Assembly: GCA_900550145.1 (NCBI GenBank)
Contig: URRF01000003.1
Coordinates: forward strand, 1,973-65,972
Source of the DNA: an uncultured Mollicutes bacterium
Lineage (GTDB): Bacteria; Bacillota_I; Bacilli_A; RF39; UBA660
Direction: 5' to 3'
Length of the DNA: 64,000 nucleotides
Positions 1 through 10,541 of the stretch are shown here, piece after piece. A program made the position numbers and the translations under genes. The stretch's first letter is position 1. The number at the start of each line of letters is the position of its first letter. Below the pieces are notes generated by a model, which did no database searches, was not told where the DNA came from, and was given only the letters and a program-made list of their open reading frames with translations.

Positions 1-345
1 AAGTATAAATTAGATTTTTTGAATACTAAAGATTATGATAATGAGAATGATAATTCAAGTGTAATTTATTTAAAATTTAATAATTATAAGTTCTTATTTA
101 TGGGAGATGCGGGTGAAAAGAGAGAAAATGATATATTAGAGAAATATGATTTAAAAAATATAGATTTTTTAAAAATAGGACATCATGGTTCTAATACTTC
201 TTCTAGTAAAGAATTTATTAGTAAAGTTAAGCCCAAATATAGTTTAATATCTGTTGGTAAAAATAATAGATATGGATATCCAAAAGAAGAGGTGCTTAAT
301 ACTTTAAAGAGTAGTAAAATTTATAGATGGAAGTATTATGTTTAA
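1..345 (+). CDS. comEC: ComEC/Rec2 competence channel, C-terminal metallo-beta-lactamase domain (5' end outside window; extreme 3' end looks frameshifted)
   Basis: Open in frame from base 1. Motifs LKIGHHGSNTSSS and SVGKNNRYGYP are typical of the ComEC C-terminus, and comEC-holA adjacency is typical of Firmicutes. Confidence 0.7.
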   Translation, partial: KYKLDFLNTKDYDNENDNSSVIYLKFNNYKFLFMGDAGEKRENDILEKYDLKNIDFLKIGHHGSNTSSSKEFISKVKPKYSLISVGKNNRYGYPKEEVLNTLKSSKIYRWKYYV

Positions 346-538
346 AATTAAAAATAATAAATTAAAAATAGAAACTTGTAGTCCGTAGAAAGGAGTAAAT
401 ATTAATTATTTATGAAAGAACTTTGTAATTCATTTAGTTTTATAGATAGTGAATATAAAATAAAAAGATGAAAGAAGAATTATAGTTAGATAATATTAAT
501 TGGTGTGATATAATGTGTGTAAATATGGAGGGATATAG

Positions 539-1138
539 ATGACTATAATTTATTTTATGAAACACTCTGAAGCATTAAAATATAATAATGTAAGTAATAA
601 TGATTCGTTGCAATTACAAAATGAAAAATGGATATTAACAAATAATGGTGAAGAAATAGCTAAAGAAAAAAGTAAATTAGATGAATTACAAAATTTTGAT
701 ATAGTTTTTTCATCTAATTATGTACGTGCTATAGGAACAGCCAAGTATTTTACAACTGATAAAATTAATATAGATGAAAGATTTGGAGAAAGGAAATTTG
801 GAATAAATAATTGGGATGAGCTTCCAAATGATTTTGAAGAAAAACAATTTAATGATTTTAATTATAAAATTGGAAATGGTGAATCCATAAATGAGGTTAT
901 TAAAAGAGAAGAAGAAGCTTTAAACGATATTTTAAATAATTATAAGGGAAAGAAAATTTTAATTATTGGACATTCCACTGCTTTAGCGGCTTTATTTAGT
1001 AAATGGTGTAAGATAGGTTATAATGAATCGTATACATATAATGATAATGACTTTTTTGATGGTAAATGGAACTATTGTGAGACATTTAAGTTAGAATTAG
1101 ATGACAATAAACTAATAAGTATAAAAAATATAAGATAA
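539..1138 (+). CDS. Histidine phosphatase (PGAM-like) superfamily protein
   Basis: About 200 aa. N-terminal IIYFMKHSE resembles a degenerate RHGE motif and C-terminal ILIIGHSTALAAL resembles the second His motif. SD GGAGGG lies upstream. Confidence 0.5.
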   Translation: MTIIYFMKHSEALKYNNVSNNDSLQLQNEKWILTNNGEEIAKEKSKLDELQNFDIVFSSNYVRAIGTAKYFTTDKINIDERFGERKFGINNWDELPNDFEEKQFNDFNYKIGNGESINEVIKREEEALNDILNNYKGKKILIIGHSTALAALFSKWCKIGYNESYTYNDNDFFDGKWNYCETFKLELDDNKLISIKNIR

Positions 1139-1498
1139 GAAAATTTAAATAGTTTTTTCTCTAATAGTATTAAACTTAAATATTCTTTAATTAGTGTTGG
1201 CAAAAGCAATAGAAAAAGAAATAAATGAAAATGGTTTGTATAATGGATATAGTTTATTTCCCTTTGATGACAATTCATATTTAACATTAGATGAAATGCA
1301 TGAAAAAATAAAAAATTATTGAGATATAGAGAAATGTTACTTAGGAATACATCATTTTGACTAAGAACTGTTAGTTTTTTTATCAAACAAGGCAAAAAAG
1401 AAGTATTTAAATAATAATTTATAAATTAATTTGTAACAATTTTTACCATTTGAACATAATATATATTGTAACGCTATCAAGCGTTTATATATAGATTT

Positions 1499-1530
1499 TG
1501 GGTTCTTTATGAACCCATTTTTTGTTTTTT
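1499..1530 (+). terminator. Rho-independent terminator (orphan, about 360 nt after the phosphatase gene)
   Basis: Stem TGGGTTC/GAACCCA with loop TTTAT, followed by a T-run (TTTTTTGTTTTTT). Confidence 0.6.
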
Positions 1531-1575
1531 ATAGAAATATTTTTGTTTTTTTGATAAAATTGTAGTGGTGGTTTT

Positions 1576-2523
1576 ATGAATAAGGTATATTTAATATATG
1601 GCAATGAGAAATATTTTATAGACGAACAAGTAAACAAAATAGTGAGTGAGTATAAAGAATATGATTTAATTAATTATGATATGTGTGAAACCAATATAAA
1701 TAAAGCGGTAGAAGAAGTATCAATGATATCATTGTTTTCTACTGATAAAATTGTTATATGTTATAATGCTTTATTTTTAACAGGAATTAAGTGTGATATA
1801 GATCATGATATTGATTCGTTATTAAAATTTATAGTAAATCCATCAACATCAATTCTTGTTTTAGTGGTTAACTCTGATTCTCTTGATAAAAGAAAAAAAG
1901 TTGTGAAAGAATTACAAAAATATGCTGAAGTAAAGGAATGCGATAAATTAAAGGAAAATGAGTTGTTATCATTTATTAAAAAAAGATGTGTGGATAATGG
2001 ATATGAGATTAATAATGATGCGTTAAATAAGTTTGTTTTATTATTAAATGATAATTTGTATGTAATAAATAGTGAACTTGATAAATTATTTATTTATAAA
2101 GAGGATGATAAAGTAATTTCTATTTCTGATATTGATATTTGTACTTCTAGAATGTTAAATGATAATATATTTGATTTAGTTGATGCTATAGTGAAGAAAG
2201 ATATAAATAGAAGTTTGGCACTTTATGATGATTTAATAATTTTAAACGAAGAGGAAATAAAACTGATTGTAATACTTGCTAATCAGTTTCGTCTTATATT
2301 TCAGGTTAAGGAAATGTTTAAAACTGGTTATAATGAATTTGATATAGCAAAAAAGTTAGATATTCACCCATATAGGGTGAAGCTTGCTAATAATGTGGGT
2401 ATTGATGGTATGCAAGCATTGAAATATTTGAAAGAATTGTCAAAATTGGATGCTGATATTAAGACGGGTGTGTTAGATAAAAGGGTTGGATTTTTGGAAT
2501 TTATATTGAATTTAACTATTTGA
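1576..2523 (+). CDS. holA: DNA polymerase III delta subunit
   Basis: 315 aa. N-terminal YLIYGNEKYFIDE pattern, and position directly after comEC as in other Firmicutes. Confidence 0.8.
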   Translation: MNKVYLIYGNEKYFIDEQVNKIVSEYKEYDLINYDMCETNINKAVEEVSMISLFSTDKIVICYNALFLTGIKCDIDHDIDSLLKFIVNPSTSILVLVVNSDSLDKRKKVVKELQKYAEVKECDKLKENELLSFIKKRCVDNGYEINNDALNKFVLLLNDNLYVINSELDKLFIYKEDDKVISISDIDICTSRMLNDNIFDLVDAIVKKDINRSLALYDDLIILNEEEIKLIVILANQFRLIFQVKEMFKTGYNEFDIAKKLDIHPYRVKLANNVGIDGMQALKYLKELSKLDADIKTGVLDKRVGFLEFILNLTI

Positions 2524-2577
2524 TTTTATAAAAACTTTATAGTATAATAAAATTGATTATAGTAGGGAGATGAGATA

Positions 2578-3810
2578 ATGAGAAAAATTTATACTAGTGT
2601 TGATCTCGGATCTGATTCTATAAAAATATTAGTTGCTGAAATTTATAATAAGAAATTAAATGTTTTAGCTGTTTCGAATGTTAAATCAAGTGGCATAAAG
2701 AAGGGATTAATAGTTGATGCAAACGAGATATTAGTATCTTTAAGGGAGGCAATTAGCGAGATAGAGGGAAAATTAATGATAACAATTGATAAGGTTATTG
2801 CTAGTGTTCCGTCTTATTATTCGACATTTGAAATTGTTACTGGTGAAGTAGATATTGATGAATATGGTAAAATTACTGGTTTGGATGTTGTAAAGGTTTT
2901 ACAAAAAGCTGTGAAGTCTAAGTTGAAAATGGATAGAGAGTTGGTTACTATAATACCAATTTATTATATAGTTGATGATAAAAAAAATATAAAGGATCCA
3001 AAGAATTTAATAGGGAAGAAGTTAGGAGTTAAGGCAATGATGGCTACTACTCCTTCTAAGAATGTTCAATCAATAATAAGTATATTTCAAAGTTTGGGTA
3101 TAGATGTTGTTGATGTTAATCTTGGCTCTATTGCTGATTATAATGAGTTTAAGAATAATACATCTGATACAGGGGTATCTGCTGTTATAAATATTGGACA
3201 TGATATAACTACTGTTTCGCTATTTAATAAGGGAATTATAATTAATTCTGAAGTAATACAAATAGGTGGTAAGAATATAGATAATGATATTTCTTATGTG
3301 TTTAAGTTAGATAAAAAAGATAGTTCTAAATTAAAGGAGAATTTTGCTGTTGCACATAAGAAGTTTTCTAGAGTTAATGATGTTAAGGAAGCTGTTACGA
3401 CTAATAGGGATTTAATTAGTATAACTCAGTATGATATTTCGCAAGTGGTTATGTCTAGATTAACTGAGATATTAAAACTTGCAAAAAAACAAACTTACCT
3501 CTTAACAAATAGGGAAATAAGTTATATAATAATTACAGGTGGGACTGCTGAACTACCTGGTATGTCTTATTTAGTAGAGGAGATATTTGGTAGTAATGCA
3601 AAAGTAGGAAATATTGATACAATAGGTATTAGAAATAATAAGTATTCTACTGTGTCTGGCTTGATAAAAGGCATCAATGATAAGCTAGAGTCAAGGGATA
3701 AAGAATATACGATGATTGATTTAGATAATGATGCATCTGGACAAAATAAGTTGAGTATTAATGATAGTTCAGTTTTAAATAAAGTATTTGGATATTTTTT
3801 TGATAATTAA
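2578..3810 (+). CDS. ftsA: Cell division protein FtsA
   Basis: Actin-like ATPase N-terminus ([14 protein letters not shown]), 410 aa, directly upstream of ftsZ, SD GGGAGA. Confidence 0.9.
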   Translation: MRKIYTSVDLGSDSIKILVAEIYNKKLNVLAVSNVKSSGIKKGLIVDANEILVSLREAISEIEGKLMITIDKVIASVPSYYSTFEIVTGEVDIDEYGKITGLDVVKVLQKAVKSKLKMDRELVTIIPIYYIVDDKKNIKDPKNLIGKKLGVKAMMATTPSKNVQSIISIFQSLGIDVVDVNLGSIADYNEFKNNTSDTGVSAVINIGHDITTVSLFNKGIIINSEVIQIGGKNIDNDISYVFKLDKKDSSKLKENFAVAHKKFSRVNDVKEAVTTNRDLISITQYDISQVVMSRLTEILKLAKKQTYLLTNREISYIIITGGTAELPGMSYLVEEIFGSNAKVGNIDTIGIRNNKYSTVSGLIKGINDKLESRDKEYTMIDLDNDASGQNKLSINDSSVLNKVFGYFFDN

Positions 3811-3820
3811 GGAGGAAATT

Positions 3821-4894
3821 ATGTTAGGATTAGAAATGGACCAATTGGCTAAAATAAAAGTAATTGGTGTAGGTGGTGCCGGTAATAATGCTGTAAATAG
3901 AATGATAGAATCTGGTGTAAAAGGTGTAGAGTTTATTGTGGCTAATACTGATTTACAAGTGTTAAATAGTTCTAAAGCACCAATTAAATTACAGATAGGT
4001 GAGAAACTTACTGATGGTCTTGGTGCAGGTGCTAAGCCAGAAGTTGGTAGAGAAGCTGCTTTAGAGAGTAAGGATGCTATTAAGGATATTTTAACGGGTG
4101 CAGATATGGTGTTTGTAACTTGCGGTATGGGTGGAGGTACTGGTACAGGTGCTGCACCAGTAATAGCTGAGATTGCTCAGGATTTAGGAGCTTTAGTTGT
4201 AGGAATTGTTACGAAGCCATTTTCATTTGAAGGTAAAAAAAGAATGGAACAGGCCTTGGCTGGTTTACAAGAGTTGAAGAATCATGTGGATACTTTAATT
4301 GTTATTCCTAATGATAGATTGAGAGATATAATTGATAAATCAACTCCTATGCTTGATGCATTTAGGGAAGTAGATAATGTTTTAAGAAGAGGTGTTCAAT
4401 CTATATCAGATTTGATAGCTGTTACTGGACTTGTTAATCTTGACTTTGCTGATGTTAAAGAGGTTATGAAGGATAGCGGTAATGCGCTTATAGGTATAGG
4501 TATAGGTACTGGTGAAGGAAGGGCTGTGGAAGCTGCTAAACAAGCTGTTTCAAGTCCATTGCTAGAAGCAAGTATAACAGGTGCTACTAGTGCAATTATA
4601 AATGTTACGGGTGGTTCTAATTTAACTTTATTTGAGGTTGAAGATGCTGCTGAAGTAATAAGGGCTGCTGCTAATACTGATATAAATACTATATTTGGTG
4701 CTGTTATAAATGAAAATTTAAAAGATGAGGTAATTGTAACAGTAATAGCAACTGGTTTTGATAAAGAGACTGAGCCGCTTTATTTTGAGAATAGATCATC
4801 GAAAGATATAAAAACATCATTGGTAAGTGATGATGATAGTGATGAAGGTTCTGTTTTAGATATACCGCCTTTCTTAAGAAATAGAAAATTTTAA
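3821..4894 (+). CDS. ftsZ: Cell division GTPase FtsZ
   Basis: [13 protein letters not shown] and [10 protein letters not shown] tubulin signature. Start moved to the ATG at 3821 behind SD AAGGAGG; the track ORF starts at 3788. Confidence 0.95.
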   Translation: MLGLEMDQLAKIKVIGVGGAGNNAVNRMIESGVKGVEFIVANTDLQVLNSSKAPIKLQIGEKLTDGLGAGAKPEVGREAALESKDAIKDILTGADMVFVTCGMGGGTGTGAAPVIAEIAQDLGALVVGIVTKPFSFEGKKRMEQALAGLQELKNHVDTLIVIPNDRLRDIIDKSTPMLDAFREVDNVLRRGVQSISDLIAVTGLVNLDFADVKEVMKDSGNALIGIGIGTGEGRAVEAAKQAVSSPLLEASITGATSAIINVTGGSNLTLFEVEDAAEVIRAAANTDINTIFGAVINENLKDEVIVTVIATGFDKETEPLYFENRSSKDIKTSLVSDDDSDEGSVLDIPPFLRNRKF

Positions 4895-4917
4895 AGGACT
4901 TTGGTCCTTTTTTATTT
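4893..4917 (+). terminator. Rho-independent terminator after ftsZ
   Basis: AAGGAC/GTCCTT hairpin followed by TTTTTATTTT. Confidence 0.7.
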
Positions 4918-5010
4918 TGCTTTTAAATTTAAATGTACATATTTTATATAAAACTATATAAATATATTTAAAAAATGTCTTGATTTTGTTATAATTATAC
5001 TGGTGGTATT

Positions 5011-6036
5011 ATGAATAGTATTTATTCTTATACAAGAAGTGAATTAGCCGATTATTTTAAAGGTATTGGTGAAAAAGCTTTTAAATCAGATCAGTTATTT
5101 GATTGGTTATATAAGAAAAGAGAAGTTAATTTTGATAATATGCTTAATTTAAATAAAAGTGTAATTTCTAGATTGAAAACTGATATGGTGATTGATAGTA
5201 TAAAGATTATAAAAAAAGATGTTGGTAATGATGTTTCTAAGTATTTGTTTTTATTAAAAGATGGAGAGAAAATAGAAGCGGTAGTAATGTATCACGATTA
5301 TGGAACTAGTTTGTGTATTTCTACTCAAGTTGGTTGTAATATGTCATGTGCTTTTTGTGAAAGTGGTAGATTAAAAAAAAGACGAAATTTAGAAGCATCT
5401 GAAATGGTTTTACAAATTCTTGAAATAGAGAAAGATATAAACTCTAGAATTTCACATATAGTTTTAATGGGTATTGGAGAGCCATTTGATAATTATACAA
5501 ACGTAATGAAGTTTATTAAAATAATTAATGATTCAAAAGGAATTGATATTGGAGCAAGACATATTACAATTTCTACGTGTGGACTTGTAAATAAAATAAA
5601 AGAGTTTACAAAAGAAAAATTGCAGGTTAATTTAGCAATAAGTCTGCATGCTCCAAATAATGAACTTAGGGATATGTTAATGCCTATAAATAAAGTGTAT
5701 AAGATTGAAGAACTTATTTCCTCGATAAAGGAATATATAAGTGTTACTAATAGAAGAGTAACATTTGAATATATTATGTTAAGTGGTATTAATGATACTA
5801 AGGAATGTGCTATAGAATTATCTAAGTTATTAAAAGGAATGAATTGCTATGTTAATCTTATTCCGTATAATGAAACTAATAATATTGGATATAGAAGAAG
5901 TACTGAGGATACAATTTTGAAATTTTATGATATACTTAAGAAGAATAATATATGTGTGACTATAAGAAAAGAGTTTGGCGGACTTCTTTCTGCTGCTTGT
6001 GGTCAACTAAGGAGCCATAATGAGGAGGAATTATGA
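5011..6036 (+). CDS. rlmN: 23S rRNA/tRNA adenine-C2 methyltransferase, radical SAM
   Basis: CNMSCAFC radical-SAM cluster motif and C-terminal AACGQL. The conserved rlmN-prpC-prkC-rsgA-rpe block follows. Confidence 0.9.
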   Translation: MNSIYSYTRSELADYFKGIGEKAFKSDQLFDWLYKKREVNFDNMLNLNKSVISRLKTDMVIDSIKIIKKDVGNDVSKYLFLLKDGEKIEAVVMYHDYGTSLCISTQVGCNMSCAFCESGRLKKRRNLEASEMVLQILEIEKDINSRISHIVLMGIGEPFDNYTNVMKFIKIINDSKGIDIGARHITISTCGLVNKIKEFTKEKLQVNLAISLHAPNNELRDMLMPINKVYKIEELISSIKEYISVTNRRVTFEYIMLSGINDTKECAIELSKLLKGMNCYVNLIPYNETNNIGYRRSTEDTILKFYDILKKNNICVTIRKEFGGLLSAACGQLRSHNEEEL

Positions 6037-6773
6037 AAACATTTTATTTAACTGACTCAGGGAGAGTAAGAGAGCATAACGAAGATAATTTGATTATAGT
6101 TAAGAATAAAAATAATGAGTATTTATTAGCAGTTGCTGATGGTATGGGTGGCCATAAAGCAGGTGAGGTTGCATCGTCTATTGCTATAAATCATCTTGCT
6201 ACAAAGTATTCAAGTATGGATACTATTGGAAATAAGCAAGATGCTATAAAATGGATTAGAAATACTGTATCTGATATAAATGATTTGATATTTAAATATA
6301 CAAGTGAACATGGTGAAAGTAAGGGTATGGGAACAACTTTGGTTATAGCAATTTATACTAAAGATTTTCTTTTGTTTGGTAACATTGGAGATAGTTCTGG
6401 ATTTGTTAAAAAAGATAATAAATTGTTTAAGGCAACAAAAGATCATACATTAGTTAATTTACTTATTTCGACTGGTGAATTAACTTTAGAAGAAGCAAAA
6501 TTCCATCCTAAAAAAAATGTTCTTATGAAAGCACTTGGTGCGGTTAATCCTGCTGAAGTAGATATATTTGATGTAGAAAAAAATATTGATGGAATATTGT
6601 TATCAAGTGATGGGCTTACTAATATGCTTAGTGTTGAGCAAATAGAAAATGTACTTAAAATGGATATATCGCTTGAAGATAAGGCAAAAAAGCTTATTGC
6701 GAAAAGTAATAATAGAGGTGGAACTGATAATATTTCTGTTGCATTATTAGAGTGTGAAAGTGGTGAAGAATAA
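6033..6773 (+). CDS. prpC: PP2C-family Ser/Thr protein phosphatase
   Basis: AVADGMGGHKAGEVAS and GGTDNIS motifs. Its stop overlaps the start of the kinase gene. Confidence 0.9.
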   Translation: MKTFYLTDSGRVREHNEDNLIIVKNKNNEYLLAVADGMGGHKAGEVASSIAINHLATKYSSMDTIGNKQDAIKWIRNTVSDINDLIFKYTSEHGESKGMGTTLVIAIYTKDFLLFGNIGDSSGFVKKDNKLFKATKDHTLVNLLISTGELTLEEAKFHPKKNVLMKALGAVNPAEVDIFDVEKNIDGILLSSDGLTNMLSVEQIENVLKMDISLEDKAKKLIAKSNNRGGTDNISVALLECESGEE

Positions 6774-8503
6774 TGATTGTTAAGGGGCAAAAAATAAATG
6801 ATCGATATGAAATAATAAGAATCCTTGGTGAAGGTGGAATGGCTAATGTGTATTTGGCTAATGATACTATTTTAAATAGAAAAGTAGCAGTGAAGGTATT
6901 AAGGGGAGATCTTGCTAATGATGAAAAATTTGTAAGGAGGTTTCAGAGAGAAGCGCTATCAGCATCTTCTTTAAATCATCCTAATATTGTTGAAATATAT
7001 GATGTTGGAGAAGATGATGGAAATTTTTATATAGTAATGGAATATGTTGATGGAAAGAACTTAAAGCAATTAATTAAGAGAAGAACAAAGTTGTCACTTC
7101 CTGAAGTAATAGATATAATGAAACAACTTACTGATGGAATTGCACACGCACATGATTCTTTTATAATACATAGAGATATAAAACCGCAAAATATGTTAAT
7201 ATTAGATAATGGACTTGTTAAAATAACAGATTTTGGAATAGCGGTTGCGTTAAATAGTACTCAACTTACTCAAACTAATTCAGTAATGGGTTCTGTGCAT
7301 TATCTTCCACCTGAACAAGCTGCAGGAAAAGGTGCGACTATTAAGAGTGATATATATTCACTTGGAATATTAATGTTTGAACTTTTAACGGGTACTCTTC
7401 CATTTAAAGGAGAAAATGCAGTAGAAATTGCTTTAAAACAAATGAAAGAACCAATCCCATCTGTAAGAGAAATTGATGAATCTATTCCTCAGAGTGTTGA
7501 AAATATAATATTAAAGGCATGTGCAAAAAATCCTGAAAACAGATATAATAATGCAAGAGAAATGTATTATGATTTGTGCAGATGTTTAACTGATGAGGCA
7601 AAGGAAGATAAAAAACTTAAGTATCAATATATAGAATTTGAAGAAGGAGATATAAAAAGAACAAATGAGAAAAATGTAGAAGGAGATGAAGTATCTATTA
7701 AAAAGGTTGATAAAAAGGATTATAAGCCAAAAAATAAGTTCGCGTGGATAATGGGTTCTATAATAGGTGTTATATGTATAGGCGTAATTGTATTTTTGCT
7801 ACTTTTGCCTAAGATAACTAAGGTTCCTGATGTTAAGATTCCTGATGTTTCTAATATGACAGTAGTTAAAGCAGAAACAGAATTAAGGAAAGCAGGTTTT
7901 GTAGTAGATGTTAAAGTTGAAGAGGTATATAGTGATACTGTTGAAGAAGGAAAAGTTGTAAAGACAAATCCTACTATAAATAGAACTGTAAAGAAAGGTA
8001 CTACTATTACACTTTATCAATCTAAGGGAACTGAAAAAATAAAAATAGAGGATTATAAGGATCAAAATATTTATGAGGTAAAAGCAAAGTTAGAAATAAA
8101 AGGATTAAAAGTATTGGTTGAATCAAAAGATGTTGATGATGTAAAAGAATATGAAGATAAGGAAGATATAATAATTGATCAAAATCCAATTAGTGGAGAA
8201 CTTAATAAGGGAGATCAAATTATATTGTATTATCCTAATATAGTTGTATATCCTGATTTAACTACATATTCACTTTCTGAGGTTCAAGATTTTGCGACTA
8301 AATATGATTTAGTGTTATATGTAGAAGAAGTAGAAACTGAAAGTGCAGAACCAGGTACAATCTTAAATCAAAGTAGAAGACAAAATACTCTTATTGCAAG
8401 AGGTGCCGATTTAACAATAAAGGTTGCTGTATTACCAAAAGAAGAAAACGAACCATCACATGAAGTGGAAAATAAAGAAAAGGAAAATAAAGAAGAGCAA
8501 TAA
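6773..8503 (+). CDS. prkC: PASTA-domain Ser/Thr protein kinase
   Basis: Hanks kinase motifs (HRDIKPQN, DFG), one TM segment, then three repeated PASTA-like modules. Confidence 0.9.
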   Translation: MIVKGQKINDRYEIIRILGEGGMANVYLANDTILNRKVAVKVLRGDLANDEKFVRRFQREALSASSLNHPNIVEIYDVGEDDGNFYIVMEYVDGKNLKQLIKRRTKLSLPEVIDIMKQLTDGIAHAHDSFIIHRDIKPQNMLILDNGLVKITDFGIAVALNSTQLTQTNSVMGSVHYLPPEQAAGKGATIKSDIYSLGILMFELLTGTLPFKGENAVEIALKQMKEPIPSVREIDESIPQSVENIILKACAKNPENRYNNAREMYYDLCRCLTDEAKEDKKLKYQYIEFEEGDIKRTNEKNVEGDEVSIKKVDKKDYKPKNKFAWIMGSIIGVICIGVIVFLLLLPKITKVPDVKIPDVSNMTVVKAETELRKAGFVVDVKVEEVYSDTVEEGKVVKTNPTINRTVKKGTTITLYQSKGTEKIKIEDYKDQNIYEVKAKLEIKGLKVLVESKDVDDVKEYEDKEDIIIDQNPISGELNKGDQIILYYPNIVVYPDLTTYSLSEVQDFATKYDLVLYVEEVETESAEPGTILNQSRRQNTLIARGADLTIKVAVLPKEENEPSHEVENKEKENKEEQ

Positions 8504-9342
8504 TGGATGGATTAATAATTAAAAATATAAGTGATTTATATACAGTAAGATGTAATAATGAAAATATTATATGTAAAGCAAAGGGACTGTTTAGGAATAA
8601 AAAAATAGTTCCTTTAGTTGGTGATAAAGTACAAATTGATTATGAAAAAAAAATAATTACAAAAGTATATTCTAGAAAAAATTTTCTAATAAGACCACCA
8701 ATAGCTAATGTTGATAAAGCGGTTATAGTGATGAGTGTAAAAGAACCAACGTTTAGTACAAATTTAGTTGATAAACTTATAAATGTAATTGAATTTAATA
8801 ATATAAAACCAATTTTGTGTTTATCAAAGTTAGATTTAATTAATGATATGAATTTAATAGATGAATATATTACATACTATAAAAAGATTGGTTATGAAGT
8901 TATTTTTAATACTGAAATAAATAAAATTAAAAAAATTTTAAAAGATGAAATAACTGTTATAACTGGTCAGAGTGGTGTTGGTAAATCTACTTTATTAAAT
9001 CATTTAGATAGTAGTTTGACATTAAAAACAAATGAAATTTCACAAGCATTAGGTAGAGGTAAACATACTACAAGACATGTTGAACTTATAGATTTGTTTG
9101 GTGGATTTGTTGCAGATACACCTGGTTTTAGTGCTTTATCATTTGCCCAAATGAAAAAGGAAGATATCAGAGATAACATGATTGAATTTAATAGATATAA
9201 AGATAAGTGTAAATATAAAGATTGTATGCATTTAAAAGAAGATGAATGTGAAGTAAAAAGGATGGTAGAAGCGGGCGAAATATTAAAGTCAAGATATGAT
9301 AATTATGTTAAGTTTATAAATGAACTTAAAGAAAAATATTAG
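8503..9342 (+). CDS. rsgA: Ribosome small-subunit biogenesis GTPase RsgA
   Basis: GQSGVGKSTL P-loop, C-terminal Cys/His zinc cluster (CKYKDCMHLKEDEC), conserved neighbourhood. Confidence 0.9.
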   Translation: MDGLIIKNISDLYTVRCNNENIICKAKGLFRNKKIVPLVGDKVQIDYEKKIITKVYSRKNFLIRPPIANVDKAVIVMSVKEPTFSTNLVDKLINVIEFNNIKPILCLSKLDLINDMNLIDEYITYYKKIGYEVIFNTEINKIKKILKDEITVITGQSGVGKSTLLNHLDSSLTLKTNEISQALGRGKHTTRHVELIDLFGGFVADTPGFSALSFAQMKKEDIRDNMIEFNRYKDKCKYKDCMHLKEDECEVKRMVEAGEILKSRYDNYVKFINELKEKY

Positions 9343-9350
9343 GAGTTTAT

Positions 9351-9995
9351 ATGGTAAAAGTATCAGCATCTCTATTATCGATTAGAGATAAATTAAAAGA
9401 AACAACAATAGAATTTAATGATTTAGATATTGATTATATACATTTAGATATAATGGATGGAATTTTTGTTCCTAATAAGTCATTTACGTATGATGAAATA
9501 AAGGAAATAATCAATAATACTAAATATCCTTTAGATGTTCATTTAATGGTATCGGATATTGATTCGTATATTTATGATTATATAATGCTTAATACTGAAT
9601 TTATAACTTTTCACTATGAGGCATTAAAAGACATAAAAACTATACAAAAAATAAAAAACCATGGTATTAAGTGTGGTATAAGTATAAAACCAAGTACTAA
9701 TGTGGAAGAAATTTTTGATTTATTACCTTATATTGATTTGGTTTTAGTTATGAGCGTTGAGCCAGGCAAAGGTGGACAAGAATTTATGACTATGGCATTA
9801 GATAAAATTAAAAAATTGAAAAATAAAATTGAAAAAGATAATTTAAACGTATTAATTTCTGTAGATGGGGGAATAAATAAAAATAGAGCAATTGAATGTA
9901 TAGAAAGTGGCGTAGATATATTGGTAATTGGTTCAGCACTTACAAATAATGATTCTAAAAGCGAGTTGTTAAGGTGTGTAAAGCAACAAAAATAA
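9351..9995 (+). CDS. rpe: Ribulose-phosphate 3-epimerase
   Basis: HLDIMDGIFVPN and VDGGIN motifs, 214 aa. Confidence 0.9.
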   Translation: MVKVSASLLSIRDKLKETTIEFNDLDIDYIHLDIMDGIFVPNKSFTYDEIKEIINNTKYPLDVHLMVSDIDSYIYDYIMLNTEFITFHYEALKDIKTIQKIKNHGIKCGISIKPSTNVEEIFDLLPYIDLVLVMSVEPGKGGQEFMTMALDKIKKLKNKIEKDNLNVLISVDGGINKNRAIECIESGVDILVIGSALTNNDSKSELLRCVKQQK

Positions 9996-10007
9996 AATTA
10001 AAAATTA

Positions 10008-10036
10008 TTGACACTTAATATTCAATATGCTAATAT
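10008..10036 (+). promoter_or_regulatory. Near-consensus sigma-A promoter for the pilin-like gene
   Basis: TTGACA, 17-nt spacer, TAATAT, with a TG extension (aTGcTAATAT), about 37 nt upstream of the start codon. Confidence 0.6.
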
Positions 10037-10073
10037 AGTAGTGTAAAACATAAAGATAGGAAGGGATGGAAAT

Positions 10074-10472
10074 ATGAAAAAGAAAAATGGTTTTACTTTA
10101 ATTGAGTTACTAGCAGTAATAGTAATATTAGCAATTATCCTAGTAATAGCAGTACCTAAGATATTATCTGTTATTAATGATGCTACTAAGAATTCATTCG
10201 AGTCTTCTTTAAAAATGATAGCATCATCTGCAGAAAAAGATTATCAAATTAAGACTATTAAAGGTGAAACTCCAGCAAATGGTAACTGTGAGGCAGTTGC
10301 TACAGTTGATGTTGGTTTAAAGGGAGATGCTTGTACTGTAACTTATGGAACTGGTGATAATAAGGGAACTGCTAAGGTTGAAGTTACAACTGCACCTACA
10401 ACTGGTAAGTTTAAAGGATGTTCTGGTTCTTATGATTCAGCAACACAAACATTATCTGTAACTTGTTCATAG
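10074..10472 (+). CDS. Prepilin-type N-terminal cleavage/methylation domain protein (type IV pilin / ComGC-like pseudopilin)
   Basis: KKKNG|FTLIELLAVIVILAII has G at -1, F at +1 and E at +5. Four Cys lie in the C-terminal globular part. SD AGGAAGGGA. Confidence 0.8.
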   Translation: MKKKNGFTLIELLAVIVILAIILVIAVPKILSVINDATKNSFESSLKMIASSAEKDYQIKTIKGETPANGNCEAVATVDVGLKGDACTVTYGTGDNKGTAKVEVTTAPTTGKFKGCSGSYDSATQTLSVTCS

Positions 10473-10483
10473 TAATGTAAATG

Positions 10484-10504
10484 AAGGCCTATGGTCTTTT
10501 TTTC
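10484..10504 (+). terminator. Rho-independent terminator after the pilin gene
   Basis: AAGGCC/GGTCTT stem (one G-U pair), 3-nt loop, T-run. Confidence 0.55.
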
Positions 10505-10541
10505 TTTTACATATTGTTGTATAATTGTAATGGTGATAAAT

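Noticed and set aside
1072-1395. 107-aa minus-strand ORF overlapping the 3' end of the phosphatase gene.
   Set aside because: No SD, low-complexity translation, and it spans the region better explained as decayed ComEC-like sequence on the + strand.
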